Shown piece after piece: positions 48,101 through 61,295 of a stretch of DNA of 64,000 bases. The notes under the pieces were generated by a model, which made no database searches, was not told where the DNA came from, and saw only the letters and a program-made list of their open reading frames with translations. The stretch covers positions 91,636,001 to 91,700,000 of the forward strand of contig JAGIQG010000009.1 of assembly GCA_024679065.1 (NCBI GenBank). The letters are read 5' to 3'. The position numbers and the translations under genes are program-made. The first letter of the stretch is position 1, and each line of letters starts with the position of its first letter. The stretch is from Sphyrna mokarran (Eukaryota).

Positions 48101-51100
48101 TGATTTTAGCAGATAGGATTAAGGAAAATCCAAAGGCTTTTTAGAACATAGAACATAGAACAATACAGCACAGAACAGGCCCTTCGGCCTTCGATGTTGT
48201 GCCGACCAAAATAAAAGCAATGCCCCTCCTAACTAAACCATTCCCTTCTCATCCATATACTTATCAACTAACCTCTTAAACGCCACCAAACTTGGCGCAT
48301 CTACAACAGCTGCAGGCAGGGCATTCCACTCCCTAATCACTCTTTGAGTAAAGAACCTACCTCTGATATCCGTCCTATAACTCATACCCCTTAATTTAAT
48401 TTTATCCCTATGTTAGGAATAAAGGGTGGTTAGAGGAAAAATCGGACCTCTTAGGGACAGAGGAGGGGAACTGTGCTGAGAGCCCGAGGGAATGGCGGAG
48501 ATCCTGAATGAATACTTTGCGTCGGTATTCACGAAGGCAAGGGGCTTATTGACAGCTCCTGTCTTTGAGGGAGCTGTGGACCAGTTGAGGGAAATATCCA
48601 TACTGAGGGAGGAAGTGTTCGAGCTTCTAGGTAGCATTAAAACTGATAAATCTCCAGGGCCTGATGGCATTTATCCCAGGCTGCTTAGGAAGATGCGAGG
48701 TGAAATTGCTGGGCCTCTGACACTTGTCTCTTCTTTGGACACAGGTGAGGTCCCAGAGGTCTAGAGAATAGCTAATGTTGTAAAGTTGTTTCAAAAGGGT
48801 AGTAGGGATAACCCTGGAAATTATAGGCCGAAGAGTTTGACGTCAGTGGTAGGGAAGCTGTTGGAGGGGATTTTTAGAGATAGGATGTATAGGCACTTAG
48901 AGCGTTGCGATCTGATTCGGGATACGCAGCATGGATTTGTTAAGGGGAAGTCGTGCCTTAGGAATCTGGTAGGATTTTTTGAGGAGGTGATGAAAACAGT
49001 CGATGAAGGGCGAGCCGATGATGTCGTCTATATGGATTTCAGTGAGGCGTTTGACAAAGTCCCTCATGGGAGGTTAGTCGAGAAGCTCAAGGCTAATGGG
49101 ATACAGGGACAGGTAGCTGCATAGATAAGTAACTGGCTTAGTAATAGGAGACAGAGAGTAATAGTGGAAGGGTGTTTTTCTAGCTGGAGGTCGGTCGCTA
49201 GTAGTGTGCCGCAGGGCTCGGTACTGGGACCTCTTCTATTTGTAATATATATAAATGACTTGGAAGAGAGAGTAAGTGGAGTGATCAGCAAGTTTGCAGA
49301 CGATACAAAGATGGCTGGACTTGAGGATAGTGAGGAACATTGTCAGGCGATGCAGCAGGACATAGATAGGCTGGTAGCTTGGGCAGACATATGGCAGATG
49401 GAATTCAATCCTGATAAATGCGAGGTGATGCATTTTGGAAGAAAGAATGCAGAGGGGAGGTATATGATAAAGGGTAGACCTATTAAGATTATAGAACCGC
49501 AGAGGGACCTGGGGGTGCAGGTGCACAAGCCTCTGAAGGTGGCAGAGCAAGTGGCGAAGGTTGTGAAGAAAGCTGGCCTTTATGTACTTTATAGTATGCT
49601 GGCCTTTATAGGAAGGGGTATAAGAGTACAAGAGCTGACCTTTAATGTTGCAATTGTATAAAACGTTGGTTAGACCTCATTTGGAATACTGCGTCCAGTT
49701 CTGGTTGCCTTACTGCCGGAAGGACGTGGAGACTCTGGACAGAGTGCAGAAGAGGTTTACCAGAATGCTGCCTGGTATGGAAGGTCTGAGTTACGAGGAG
49801 AGGTTAGGCAAATTGGGGCTGTTTTCCTTAGAAAGATATAGACTTAGAGGAGAACTAATAGAGGTGTACAAGATTATGAGGGGTATAGATAAAGTAAACA
49901 GGGTTAAGCTTTTTCCTAGGATAGACTCAAATAGCACGAGTTTAGGGTGAGGGGGGTAAGATATAATTTGGGTGCGAGAGGGACTTTTTTCACACAGAGG
50001 GTGGTGGGGATATGGAATGCGCTGCCAAGTAAAGTGGTGGAGACAGGTACTCTGGAGTTATTTAAGAAATACTTAGATGGGCACATGAACAGAATGGGAA
50101 TGGAGGAGTATAGAAAACTGATTTAAAATAGGGATCATGAGCTTTGGGAGTCCCTTGGAAGTGTGTAAATAGATGATGATATTGATGTGCTTGTTATTAT
50201 CCTACAGGTGCTTTGGTTCACCTTGTTGGAGGGGCATACACGCGATGGGTCGTGACAGCCTTTTTGGCATGTTATTTGTGTCTTCTACTGTGAAGACCCA
50301 CACAAAATACCACTCGATTTTTTTCGAGAGTATCCTAGTGCTTCACGTCGTTAGTGTTCGCTTGACCTGGACCATTTGATGGACAACTTGGCAGCTCAGT
50401 GACTATCGCTGTGCTGTGCAGATACATGGATTTGGGCCTGTGTCTTTGGGAGTTTTCACATTCTCCCTGTGCTTGCGTGGGTTTTCTCCGGGTGCTCCGG
50501 TTTCCTCTCACATCCCAATTCGCTCTTCGGTTAATTGGCAAAACAAATTCTCCATAAATTGTTTCAAATTTGGTTTTTAATCCATAGAACTATAAACATA
50601 CACAGGGATCACAGGTAGAAGTGGGAACATCGGGGTGGCGGCATGGGCTCATTGGGCCGAAGAGCCTGTTTCCCGTGCTGTTTTATTCTTTGTTCAATCC
50701 TCTATCCATGCTAATACCCGTAACACTGTACAGCTTTATCTTATGGAGCAGTCTTTGGTGCGGCATCTTGTCAAATATCTTCTGGAAATACAGATACATC
50801 ACATCCACAGGTTCCCCATTGTCCATTGCACATGTAATGTTCTCGAAGAATTCCACCAAATTCATCAAACATGACCTGCCCTTCATGAACCCATGCTGTG
50901 TCTTACCAATGAGGCAATTTATATCCAGATGTGTTGCTATTCCTTCCTTTGTGATAGATTCAAGCATTTTTCATGCTACAGAAGTTAAGTTTACCAGCCT
51001 ATAGTTTCCTGCCTTTTATCCACCTCCTTTTTGAACAATGGTGTCACATTTGATGTGTTCCAATCTCTAGGAACCACCCCAGAGTGCTGCGAATGTTGGT

Positions 51101-54100
51101 AAATTACCACTCGTGGAATTGCTATTTCTCTCGCCATCTCTTCTAGTATCCTGAGATGCATTCCATCAGGACCAGGAAATTTGTCTATCTTTAGCCCTAT
51201 TAACTTGACCAATTTTACATCTTTCATGATAATGATAGTTTCTAGGTTCTCACCTCCAAAGCTTTCTTCCCACAGCCTTTTTGGCATGTTATTTGTGTCT
51301 TCCAGTGTGAAGACCCACACAAAATACCACTCAATGCCTCAGTCTTTTTCTCATTTCCAGTTATTACATATCTCTTCTCATCCTCTAAAGGATTCATGTT
51401 TACTTTCACCACTCTTTTTCATTTTTATACTGAGAGAAACTTTTGCTCTCTGTTTTTAATATTCTGAGCTAGTTTACCCTCATTCTCCATATTACCTTTC
51501 TTTAGCTTTTCTCATGGCTTTCTGTTGACCTTTAAAGATTTTTCCATCCTCCAGTTTCTCACTAATCTTTGCCATTTTGTATGCATTTTCTTTCAATTTG
51601 ATTCCCTCTTTTATTTCCTCAGATATCCATGGCTGATTATCTCTTTTTCTACAGTCCTTCCTTATCACTGGTGTATACTTTTGCTGAATACTGTGAAAGA
51701 TTGCTTTGAAAGTCTTCCTCACGCTCCATCTATACTTTAAATTCAACAATACTATGATCACTTCTTCCAAGAAGATCCCCCAAGTACGAGATTATTCATT
51801 ATACCCAGCTCGTTCCCCAGGATAGTTTGCTCCCTCATCGGTCCCATTCCATAGTGTTCAAGGAAGCTATCGTGGATACATTCTATGAACTCCTCCTCAA
51901 GGCTGCCTTGACCGACCTGGTTTGACCAATTGATACTGAGATTAAAATCCCCCATGATAATTGCTGTACCATTTTTACATCCATCAGTTATTTCTTTGTT
52001 TATTTCTCGCCCCACAATTATTTGCTGGTTTATAGACTCCGCCAATCAGTGACTTTTTCTCCTTACTATTTCTAATTTCCACCCAAATGGATTCAACCTT
52101 TTTTCCATACAGCCTATTTCATTTTTCACTATCGCTCTGATATCATCCTTAAATATCAGAGTTACACCACTTCCCTTACCTTCCTGTCGGTCCCTCCAAA
52201 CAGTTTGATACCCCTCAATATTCAACTCCCAGTCGTGACCATCCTGGAACTCTATCTCTGTAACAGCCACCAAATCATACTCGTTCACAATGATTTGTGC
52301 TGTCAATTCACTTACCTTGTTTCGAATGCTGCTGGCATTCGGATAAAGTGGCTTTATGCTTGTTTTTGTACCTTTTTTTTGAATTCTAACACTTCCATTG
52401 ATATCATCTCCTCAGTTCTTCTTCCTTTAACTTTATTCCTGATTTTTGATGTAGTTGGATCTTTCTCCCCACATTTTGTTCTTGCTCCTCCTTCTCGGAC
52501 TCCTTACATAGGTTCCCATTCCCTGGCATTATTAGTTTAAACCCTCCCCAACTCTCTCGCAAACCCTTGGACATCAATCCCAGTCCTGCCCAGATGTAAC
52601 CTGTCCAATTTATACAGGTCCCACTTCCCCCAGAAATGGTCCCAATGCCCCAGGAAACTGAAACCCTTTCCCTGATACCATCTCTTCAGCTATGTATTTA
52701 TCCGATATTTCCTCTCATTTCTACTCTGACTAACGCACAGCACCGCTAACAATCCTGAAATCACTCCCTTTCAGATCCGATTTCTTAACTTTCTTCCAAG
52801 CTCCCTATATTCTGCTTTTAGGACCTCATACTTTTTTTTAACCTGTGTCACTTGTACCAACATGTGCTACAACCATGGGGTGTTCACCCTCCCCCTTCAC
52901 AATGTCCTGCAGCCGCTCCGAGACATCCTTGACCCTAACACCACGGAGGCAACATACAATCTTGAAGTCTCGTTTGCAGCCATAGGAATGCCTGTCTATT
53001 GCCCTTACAATTGAATCCACGATATCTATTGCACTGGCACACTTTTTACCACTCCCCTTGCAACAGAATCAATCTTGGTGCAATGAGTTTCGATGCTGCT
53101 GCTTTCCCTAGAGAGGTCATTCCCCTCAACAGTATTCAAAGCGGTATATCTGTTTTACAGGGGAATGGTCACTGGAGATTCCTGCACTACCTGCCTATCT
53201 CTCTTGCTCTGTCTGATGGTCACCCATTCTTTTCCTGCCTGTGGAGTCTGAGCCTGCGGTGTGACCAACTCCCTGTACCTGCTATCCACAATACTCTCTG
53301 ACTCACGGATGCTCCACAGTGTCTCCATCCACCGCTCCAGTTCTGAAACTCGAGCTTCCAGGACCTGTAGCTGGAGACATTTCCCTACACATACTGACCC
53401 AGGAGACTGGAACTGTCCCCAGCCTGTCACATGGAGCAAGAGGAGTAAACCACTGCTTGGAGCTCTCCTGTCATGTCTTACCCCTTTCAATTAAACTTTT
53501 GAAAGATCTTTTGTTTCAGATATATACAATTTTCTTTCTTTCCTGCTCCTTGTTACTACCGAATACAACCTTTTCAAACTATAAACCACAGAAATTACAC
53601 AGAAACACAATAATAGTGTACACCAACTACAATGCCAAGAGCAAAAAGAAAAAATATTTCCCAATCAGCACTCTCGCTTGTAGCCACTGCTGCCTGTTTC
53701 ATCTAACTCCCTGTGTCCATCCAACTCCCAAAGCACTCCTCACAGTCAGATAGCACTCTGTGCAGGAAAAATACGATATGAAGATGCCGGCGCTCGACTG
53801 GGTTAAACACAGTAAGAAGTCTCACAAAACCAGTTTGAAGTCTAACAGATTTATTTGATAGTAAACATCACCAGCTTTTGGAAAGTTGTTCGTTTGTCAG
53901 GTGATTGCAGAATTCTGAGTGGAGAACTCTCCATTCACCTGACAAAAGAATAGTGTTCAGAAAGCTTGTGGCGTTTACTATCAAATAAACCTGTTGGATT
54001 TTAACCTTGTGTTGTGAGACTTCTTACAGGAAAAATGTAACAGCCAGAAGCTGAACCTGGAATGTTCTGATCTTGTTTTCTGCTGTTAATATTTTATCTT

Positions 54101-54697
54101 TTCCTCTTTGGTACTACAAAGTACTTGGTTACAAAATCTCCTGTGTTATCTACAGCTCTGCCTGTCAATCTTTAATGGTTCCATATCTCCCAGAGTCACT
54201 CATTTACTGTTAATATATTTCTGTAAACTTTTACCATTGGTCTTTATATTACCTACACATTTTCACTGTGTCCTTTACCTCAATTTAATCTTTCTGTTCC
54301 TCCATCCTCCCCTCTGTTTCGGGACATTTCCACTTTAATTGCTCCAAGCTTTTCTGATCTGGGTATTTTGAACATACAAACATGGAGCAGGAGTAGGCCA
54401 TTCGGCCCCTCGAGTCTGCTCCGTTATTCTGTGGCTGATGTGATTGTGATCTGAACTCTACTTTCCTCTCAATCTCTCTGTACACTTTCACTCCCGTGTC
54501 AGTCATGATGTTATCTAACATTTATATCTGACAGATACATAATAACGTCTGAGTGAACATCACCCATTTCAAACTCTCACCAAAATATTCAAATTCACCC
54601 CAGAGAGAGAGAGAGTGAGAATGGGAGAGTGAATTCTGTACTTACCGGGAGAGACCCAGGAAAAACACAGGGAGATGGAGAAAAGGATCAGCAACAT
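36115..54697 (-). CDS. Non-classical MHC class I heavy chain, gene C (343 aa): exons 54697-54646, 39859-39599, 37737-37462, 37344-37066, 36684-36565, 36158-36115
   Basis: Same architecture as gene B; GT-AG phase-1 introns and an open spliced frame. Confidence 0.9.
36565..36684 (-). CDS. Gene C connecting peptide/transmembrane exon
   Basis: EIPENCGGNFNLGIIIGTVIPALAVIFGIIGIVIWKRQRR. Confidence 0.9.
37066..37344 (-). CDS. Gene C alpha3 (Ig C1) exon
   Basis: 279 nt; [27 protein letters not shown]. Confidence 0.95.
37462..37737 (-). CDS. Gene C alpha2 exon
   Basis: 276 nt; [46 protein letters not shown]. Confidence 0.95.
38803..39555. repeat. 35-bp G-rich minisatellite (~21 units) in intron 2 of gene C
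   Basis: Unit ggggactgag(t/c)tcagtgtcccaggggtcagtgctg. Confidence 0.95.
39599..39859 (-). CDS. Gene C alpha1 exon
   Basis: 261 nt; [46 protein letters not shown]. Confidence 0.93.
40430..46090. mobile_element. PIF/Harbinger fossil (unit 2 copy) with nested CR1 fragments
   Basis: Plus strand Myb/SANT-like TVWEAV..QRTG..QCQKRMNNLLWAGR at ~40455-40560; minus strand transposase remnant (ORF 44960..45382). Confidence 0.78.
47020..53500 (-). mobile_element. Near-full-length degenerate CR1 (unit 2 copy) with nested + strand CR1 (48067-50695), itself carrying a young CR1 tail (~48143-48400)
   Basis: Colinear with 23100-29300; ORFs 50683..50967, 52046..52306, 52838..53020 and 49164..49661. Confidence 0.88.
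53773..54026. mobile_element. Penelope-like pLTR-derived inverted repeat (unit 2 copy)
   Basis: Arms 53812-54027; CAGGAAAAAT direct repeats. Confidence 0.75.
54646..54697 (-). CDS. Gene C leader exon, [17 protein letters not shown]
   Basis: ATG, signal peptide and G|gtaagt donor. Confidence 0.88.
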
Positions 54698-54763
54698 TCT
54701 GGGAATCCACTGTCCCAATTCCAATCAGTGACTGGGAATTAAACACTCTGAGGGTGAAACAAC

Positions 54764-55010
54764 TTTATAAACTGGAGGAAATACATGTAAAAACAAAAAC
54801 TTTATCCAAACTCCATTTTCCAGTCTGAATCCACCATTTTCTTCTCGCAGAACCAGAGGGTGACTGATTGGTTAATCTTCTGAGACGATCCAATGAAAGA
54901 GATAAACAGCCGGCCTGTCACTAGTTACCAGGAGGATCAAACTCAGACAGGATCAAGTTCAGGCTGAAAAAAATCTAATCTTTCTCCAGCACCTTTCACA
55001 AAGTGAAACC
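54764..55010 (-). promoter_or_regulatory. Gene C promoter: ISRE-like, X1-X2, Y, CCAAT, TATA
   Basis: Minus strand GGTTTCACTTT (55010-55000), CCTGGTAACTAGTG (54932-54919), ATTGG (54894-54890), CCAAT (54871-54867), TATAAA (54769-54764). Confidence 0.78.
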
Positions 55011-55339
55011 TCCCCAAGGACAGCTTTATAAAGCAAAGATTGACCCAGAGACACACACAGCTCATTGCATAAAAACTGTCTCCAAATTCCAGGGTTGAAG
55101 GAGTGTTTTAAAGAGAGGCTGCAGAGAGGTGTAGGGAGGGATTGCAGAGTGAAGGACCGAGGTTACTGAAGGCACAGTCCCCAGTGTGGGGGAGATTCTA
55201 ATCCCTGAGACTGGAGATATCAGAATGAGAGGAACAGAGAGATCTCACCGAGTTTGTGAAACTGGAGGAGATTACAGAAATAGGATGGTGTGAGGACATG
55301 GAGAGATTTCAATTTTAAAATCCGGGCAGAGGGAATGGT

Positions 55340-55930
55340 GCCTTTAATTCAAAGAGAATGGAATATAAAAGGAGGGAAAACTATACAAGGCACCAGTTCG
55401 ACCACATCTGGAAAACTGTGGTCAGTTTTCGTCCCCTCATCTCAGGGAAAATATATTGGCATTAGAAGCAGTCCAGAGGAGGTTTACCAGGTTGACCCCA
55501 GGCATGGAGGCATTTTCTTTTGGGGAGAGGTTGAGTAGGTTGGGTCTGTACTTATTGGAGTTTAGAAGAATGACAGGTGACCTTATTGGGATATGTCAGA
55601 TTCTCAGGGGGTTTGACAGTGTAGATGATGAGAGGGTGTTTCTTCCTGTGGGAAAGTCTAAGACCAGAGAGCAGGATCTCAGAGTAAGGAGAGTTTCTTC
55701 TCTCAGTGTGTTAGTGTCTTTCTGCAATTCTTTACTGCAGAGGGCTGTAGAGGCTGGATCATTCAGTATGTTCAAGGTTGAGATAGATTGTTAATGAGTT
55801 AGTGAACGGGGGGTTATGGGGATAAGGTGGGAAAGTGGAGCTGAGTATTATCATATCAGGATCAGTCATGATCTCATTCAATGGTAGAGGTGACCTGATG
55901 GGCTGAATGGACTCCACCTGTTCCTATATC
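55340..55930 (+). mobile_element. CR1 3' fragment
   Basis: ORF 55456..55794 LEAVQRRFTRL..LEFRRMTGDLI. Confidence 0.85.
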
Positions 55931-56227
55931 TTCTATTTTATAGGTTGCTTGACTGGGAACTTACAGGTCAGTGAGCACAAATGTACCCAAGGAACACAGA
56001 GCCCAGTGTGAGGGTTCATAGTGTGAGCTATAAGAGCCTGAGGGATATTGACAGGATGGATGTGGAAAGGATGTATCCTCTTGTGGGAGAATCTAAAAAT
56101 CAGGGTCAGTATTTAAAATAAGGGGTTTCCTGTTTAAGACAGAGATGAGGAGAAATGTTTTCTCTGAGAGAGTCATAAAGCTCTGAAACTCTTTTCCTCC
56201 AGAGGCAATGGAAGCTTTGAATATTTG

Positions 56228-56515
56228 GCACAGTTGGTAGCACTGCTGCCTCACAGAGCCAGGGACCTGGGTTTGGGTTTCCCAGTTTGGGTCACTGTCT
56301 GTGTGGAGTTTGCAGATTCTCCCAGTGTTTGTGAGGCTTCCCTCTGTATGCTCTAGTTTCCTACCACAGTCCAAAAGATGTGCTGGTTGGGTGCAGTGAC
56401 CCCATGCTAAATTCTCCCTCAGTGCACCTGAACAGGCACTGGAATGCGGCGACTTAGGGCATTTTCAGAATAATTTCATTGCATTGTTAATGTAAGCCTA
56501 CTTGTGACAGTAAGT
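56228..56515 (+). mobile_element. HE1/V-SINE-type SINE
   Basis: ggcacagttggtagcactgctgcctcacag..gggacctgggtt..gtgtggagtttgca..ttctccc..ccatgctaaatt. Confidence 0.88.
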
Positions 56516-57110
56516 AAACTAACTTTTCTTTGGGAGAAGAAATTATATCTCAAATCTGTGTTAAATGATCATCCCCTTATTCTGTGACTCTGCTCTCTGA
56601 TTCTACACTCTCCCACGAGTGGAAACATTCTCTCAACATTTACCCTGTCTAACCCCCTCAGACTCTTAAATGTTTCAATCATATCACCGCTCATTCCTCG
56701 GAACTCCAAAGAGCACAGACACAATCTGTTTAATCTTTCCTCATATGGCAGTCCCTCTGTACCCAGGATCATCCTAGTAAACCTCCTCTGTACTGCATCC
56801 AGTGACAATATATTTCCTTAAATAAGGAGACCAAAACTGTGTGCAATATTGTAACTGTGGCCTCACTAATAGCTTGTATCTTGAAGGGGATGGGAGGTGC
56901 TGCTGAGGGAGGGTGGATGGCAGTGAGGGTGTTTAACTGGCTGCCCGGGGCTGGGATTTACAGGTGTGCACCTCCAATTCCAGCCCCGTCCCCGTGACAG
57001 CCACTCAGGCTCGCACTTCCTCACATGCTGACTCCCAAACGTGAGGCACCAACTGCTGCTGCGCGTGGCAGAACGACATCAGGCATTACGGGCTGGGTCT
57101 CCCCTTTATA

Positions 57111-57454
57111 GTAAGAAGTCTGACAACACCAGTTTTAAATCCAACCGATTTATTTGATAGTAAACTTGTAAGCTTTTGGCTCTATGGCCTTCACCTGACG
57201 AATACACATCTCTCTAACCTCAGTGCTCAGTGTTCCTTGCACTCACATTGTTAGCCACTTAAAGACTTGAATAGCAGGTTAGGTGTAAGGATTCGCATTC
57301 TAATCAGCAATCTGTAAACTGTCTGTGCTGATATGTGTGCTTTTGGAGACCAGAACACCTCATTCGTCTGACGAAGGCACAAACACCAAAAGCTAGCAGA
57401 TTTACTATCAAATAAATTGGTTGGATTTAAAATTGGTGTTGCCTGACCTCTTAC
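57111..57454. mobile_element. Penelope-like element fragment with inverted termini
   Basis: gtaagaagtc..aacaccagttttaaatccaaccgatttatttgatagtaaa at the left end and its reverse complement at the right end; same family as 31337-31558. Confidence 0.75.
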
Positions 57455-57514
57455 TGTTAGGCTTCTTTTTAGTCATGAAGGGGATGTGAAAATTACTGGC
57501 TAGGCCAGCATTTA

Positions 57515-57931
57515 GAACATAGAACATTACCGCGCAGAACAGGCCCTTCGGCCTTCAATGTTGCGCTGACCAATTAGGAAAAAGCAATGACCCTCCAAAC
57601 TAAACCATTCCCTTCTCGTCCATAAACTTATCTACTAACCTCTTAAATGCCACCAAACTTGGCGCTTCTACAACTGCCACAGGCAGGGCATTCCATACCC
57701 TAACCACCCTCTGGATAAAGAACCTACCTCTGATATCTATGCTATAACTACCACCTCTTAATTTAAAGCTATGTCCCCTGGTGCTAGCTTTCTCCATCCT
57801 AGGAAAAAGGCTATCATGTCCACCCTATCTAAACCTCTAATCATCTTATATATTTCAATAAGGTCTCCTTTAAGCCGCCTTCTTTCTAACGAAAACAACC
57901 TCAAATCCTTCAGCCTCTCCTCATAAAACCT
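57515..57931 (-). mobile_element. Young CR1 3' fragment with (TAGAACA)n tail, TSD GCATTTA
   Basis: Same subfamily as 19558 and 21648; direct repeats on both sides. Confidence 0.88.
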
Positions 57932-58834
57932 GCATTTATTGCCCCTCCTTCGTTGCCCTTTGCAATGCTGTTAGAGTGGGAGTTCCAAGATTTTGACCTA
58001 GTGACGGTGAAGGAACAACAGATATATTTCCAAGTTAAGGTGGTGTGTGGTGTTGAGTGGAACCTCCAGGTGTTCCCAAGTATCTGCTGTCCTTGTCCTT
58101 TAAGATGCTAGTGGGTTTGAAAGGTGCTGCCTGAGGAGCCTTGTGAGTTTGTGCAGTTAATCTTGTAGATGGTTTGCATGGTTGTCAGTGTGCATCAGTG
58201 TTGAAGGACTTGAATGCTTCTAGAAGGAGTCGCAATCAAGCAGACTGCTTTATCTTGAGTGGTGTCTGTTGGATTTCTTCAGTATCTTTGAAGTTACATT
58301 TATTCAAGCAAGTGGAGAGTATTCCATCACATAGAAACGTAGAAAGCAGAAGCTGGGGTAGGTTATTCAGCTACTCAAGATTGTTCTGCCATTGATTATG
58401 ATAAGGGCTGATCATCAAATTCAATATTTCTATCTCCCTTACCCCCCCATAATCCCTTGATCTCTTTAGCCCCAAAAGCTCCATTGAATTTTCTTGAAGT
58501 CAGACCACATTTTGGCCTCAACTACTTTCTGTGGTACCGAATTCCTCACATTCACCACTCTCTGGGTGAGAAATTTCTCCACACCTCAGTTCTTATCCTC
58601 AAACTATGACCTCTACTTATGGACTCTCCCACCATTTGGAACATTCTTTTTGAATCGACCCTGTTAGAATTTTATAAGTCTCAATGAGATCTCCTCTCTC
58701 CCTTCTAAGCTCCAGTGAATACAACCCTCACACTCCTGACTTGTGCCATGTAGATGGTGGACAGGTTTTGGGGAGTCAGGAGGTGAGTTACTCACTGCAG
58801 GATTCCTAACCTCTGAGCTGCTCTTGTAACGATG

Positions 58835-59380
58835 TGGAGATGCCGTTGTTGGTTTTGGGTAAAACACAAAAAAATCCCACAACACCAGTTGAAAGTCCAA
58901 ACAGGTTTATTTGTAGCAAAAGCCTCAAGCTTTCGGGACAGCCTGACCCTTCATCATGTGGCTGAGAGTTCTGATCGTAAAAATGACACAAAGTCACAAA
59001 CTCAATTTACATGCATAATGATTGGAATGTAAGGCTTTACAGCTGATCAATTCTTAAAGGTACAGACAATGTGAGTGGAGAGAGCTTTAAGCACTAGTTA
59101 AAGAGATGTGTATTGTTTCCCAGATAGGGAAGTTAGTGAAATTTTGTAAGTCCAGCCAAGTTGTAGGGGTTACAGATAGTGCGACATGAACCCAAGATCC
59201 CAGTTGAAGCTGTTCTCATATGTGCGGAGCTTGGCTAGCAGTTTCTGCTCAGCAACTCTGCGCCGTCTTATGTCATAAAGGCCACCTTGGAGAACGCCCA
59301 CCCAAAGATCAGAGGCCGAATGCCCATGACCACTGAAGTGTTCCCCAACAGGAAGAGAACAATCTTGTCTGGTAATTATC
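58835..59380 (-). mobile_element. Penelope-like element 3' end (GIY-YIG C-terminus plus pLTR with hammerhead-like core)
   Basis: Minus strand ..SLPVGEHFSGHGHSASDL..VLQGGL..RRRVAEQKLLAKLRT..DLGFMSHY; ATGATGA-agggtcaggctgtccc-GAAA near 58930-58958. Confidence 0.82.
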
Positions 59381-60844
59381 AGGCTTACCTCCTTTGGGGG
59401 ATAAAATTAAAGTCATAAAGGAAGTACCACAGCCAAAAAAATGTTTTGGAGTTAAAATTGTGCCCTGGAATGTGAATTGTTATGGCAGATTCATACAAAA
59501 CCAGGTGTTGAAGAATTGTTAGTCCAAGCCTGGATATTGTTCAGGTCTTGCTGCATTTTGGACATGGACTGCTTCAATATCTGAGAGACATAATGTAGCT
59601 GAACATTGTGCAATCATCAGTGAACATCCCCACTTCTGACATTATCATAGAAGGCAGGTCATTGATAAAACAAGTGAAGATGGTTGGGATTGGGATGCTA
59701 CCCCTGAGGAATTCCTGCAGTGATGCCCAGAGACTGAGATACTTGGCCTCCAACAACACAACCATCATTTTTTATGCTAGTTATGATTCCAACCAGTGAA
59801 AAGTTTTCTCTCAATACCCATTGTCTCCAGTTCTACTCTGGTGTCAGACTCAGTCAAATGCCACCCTGATGTCAAGTGCTATCACTCTCATCTCACCTCT
59901 GGAACTCAGCTCTTTTGTCCATATTTGAACCAAAGCTGTAATGAAGTTAGGAGCTGAGTGACCCCGGAGGAACCCAAACTGGGTGTCACTGAGCAAGTTA
60001 TTGCTAAATAAGTGCCTATTGATGGCCCCTTCCATCACTTTACTGATGATTAATTATAAACGGATGGGGCAATTATTGGTTAGGTTAAATTTATCCTGTT
60101 TTTAGTGTACAGCATATACCTGAGCAAATTTATACATTGTTGGGGAGTTGCCAGTGTTTTTGCTGAGACAGCTTGGCTAGGAGAGCAGCAAGTTCTGGAG
60201 CACAAGTCTTCAACGTTATTGCCAGATATTGTCCTTCCACACCAATACACTCACTTTGAGGTTCCCTACACTTCTCATTACTGAGAAGCTGGTGAGCCTT
60301 CACCTCCCGCTCACTGGGAAATGTGCTGAAGTTTGATTCTCTAAAGTTAGGACATGGCTTCCTCTCCTCTGTCTCTCACACTGACATCTTCAGTTAAGAA
60401 GTCAATCAATGCTAATGGAAAACAGTGAATGATGCTGACATTTAATCTGAACTCAGCCAGTTCACATTGGATTGAACATCAACAGCTGCCAATTCCAATC
60501 ATCACAAACTGCTGAGTGAATGAATTAAACCTTTCTTGTGAAATCAGTGAAGACAAATTCAGATAAATCAAACACAAAGAGTTATTTATTGATTACAATC
60601 CACAGTAATCAGGGTCACAGTGAAACATTGATTAAAGACTTCTCTCCATTAATAAATTATAGCTTAAAGCTTATTTATTTGGGTCACAAGAAAGCTTATA
60701 TTAACACAGCAATGAAGTTACTGTTAAAATCCCCCAGTTGCCACATTCCAGTACCTGTTTCTTTATACCGAGGGAGAACTTAGCATGGCCAAGTGCACCT
60801 GAGCAGCACGTCTTTTGGACTGTGGGAGGAAACCAGAGCACCAG

Positions 60845-61295
60845 GAGTCATAGACTCAGAGGTTCACAGCATGGAAACAGACCCTTCAGCACAACTTGTT
60901 CACACACCCAGTTTTTACTATTAAGCTAGTTTAGTCCATAGCCCTTGATACCAATCTTATTCTTGTAATGTCTAAGTGCTTTTTAAAAAACAAAATTGTA
61001 CTTGCCTCTATTACTTTTGGCAGCTGGTTCCAGCCACTCACTACCCTGTGTGTGAAAACATTGCCTCTCTCAATCCTTTTGTAACTTTCCCCTCTCATCT
61101 TAAACCTATGTCCCCTAGTCTTAGACTTCCTTACTTTTAGTAAAAGGACCATCTACATTATCTATGCCCCTCATTATTTTTACAGACTTCTGTAAGATCA
61201 TTCCTAAGCCTCCTATACTCCAGCGAAAAAAGTCCCAGTCTATCCAACCACTCCTTGTCACTCAAACCATCAAATCGCAGTAGCATCATAGTAAG
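60845..61295 (-). mobile_element. CR1 3' fragment nested in a V-SINE (~60690-61345)
   Basis: ORF 60931..61152 KTRGHRFK..FTHRVVSGWNQLP; SINE tail on the left, SINE head on the right. Confidence 0.75.

Larger units (their letters stand above)
31028..55690. repeat. Segmental duplication unit 2
   Basis: Colinear with unit 1. A third, more diverged partial copy of the downstream region and last two exons lies at ~57480-62960. Confidence 0.85.

Noticed and set aside
11323-54697. Calling the genes classical UAA, or MR1/CD1 orthologs
   Set aside because: Anchor residues and the alpha2 disulfide are lost, so they are not classical. The MR1 resemblance is limited to a few positions (its Y7, Y62, R94 and W164 equivalents differ). 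No symbol is assigned without a phylogeny.
55185-55205. NF-kB enhancer A site upstream of gene C
   Set aside because: GGGGAGATTCT does not fit GGGRNNYYCC and lies in apparent old LINE-derived sequence.
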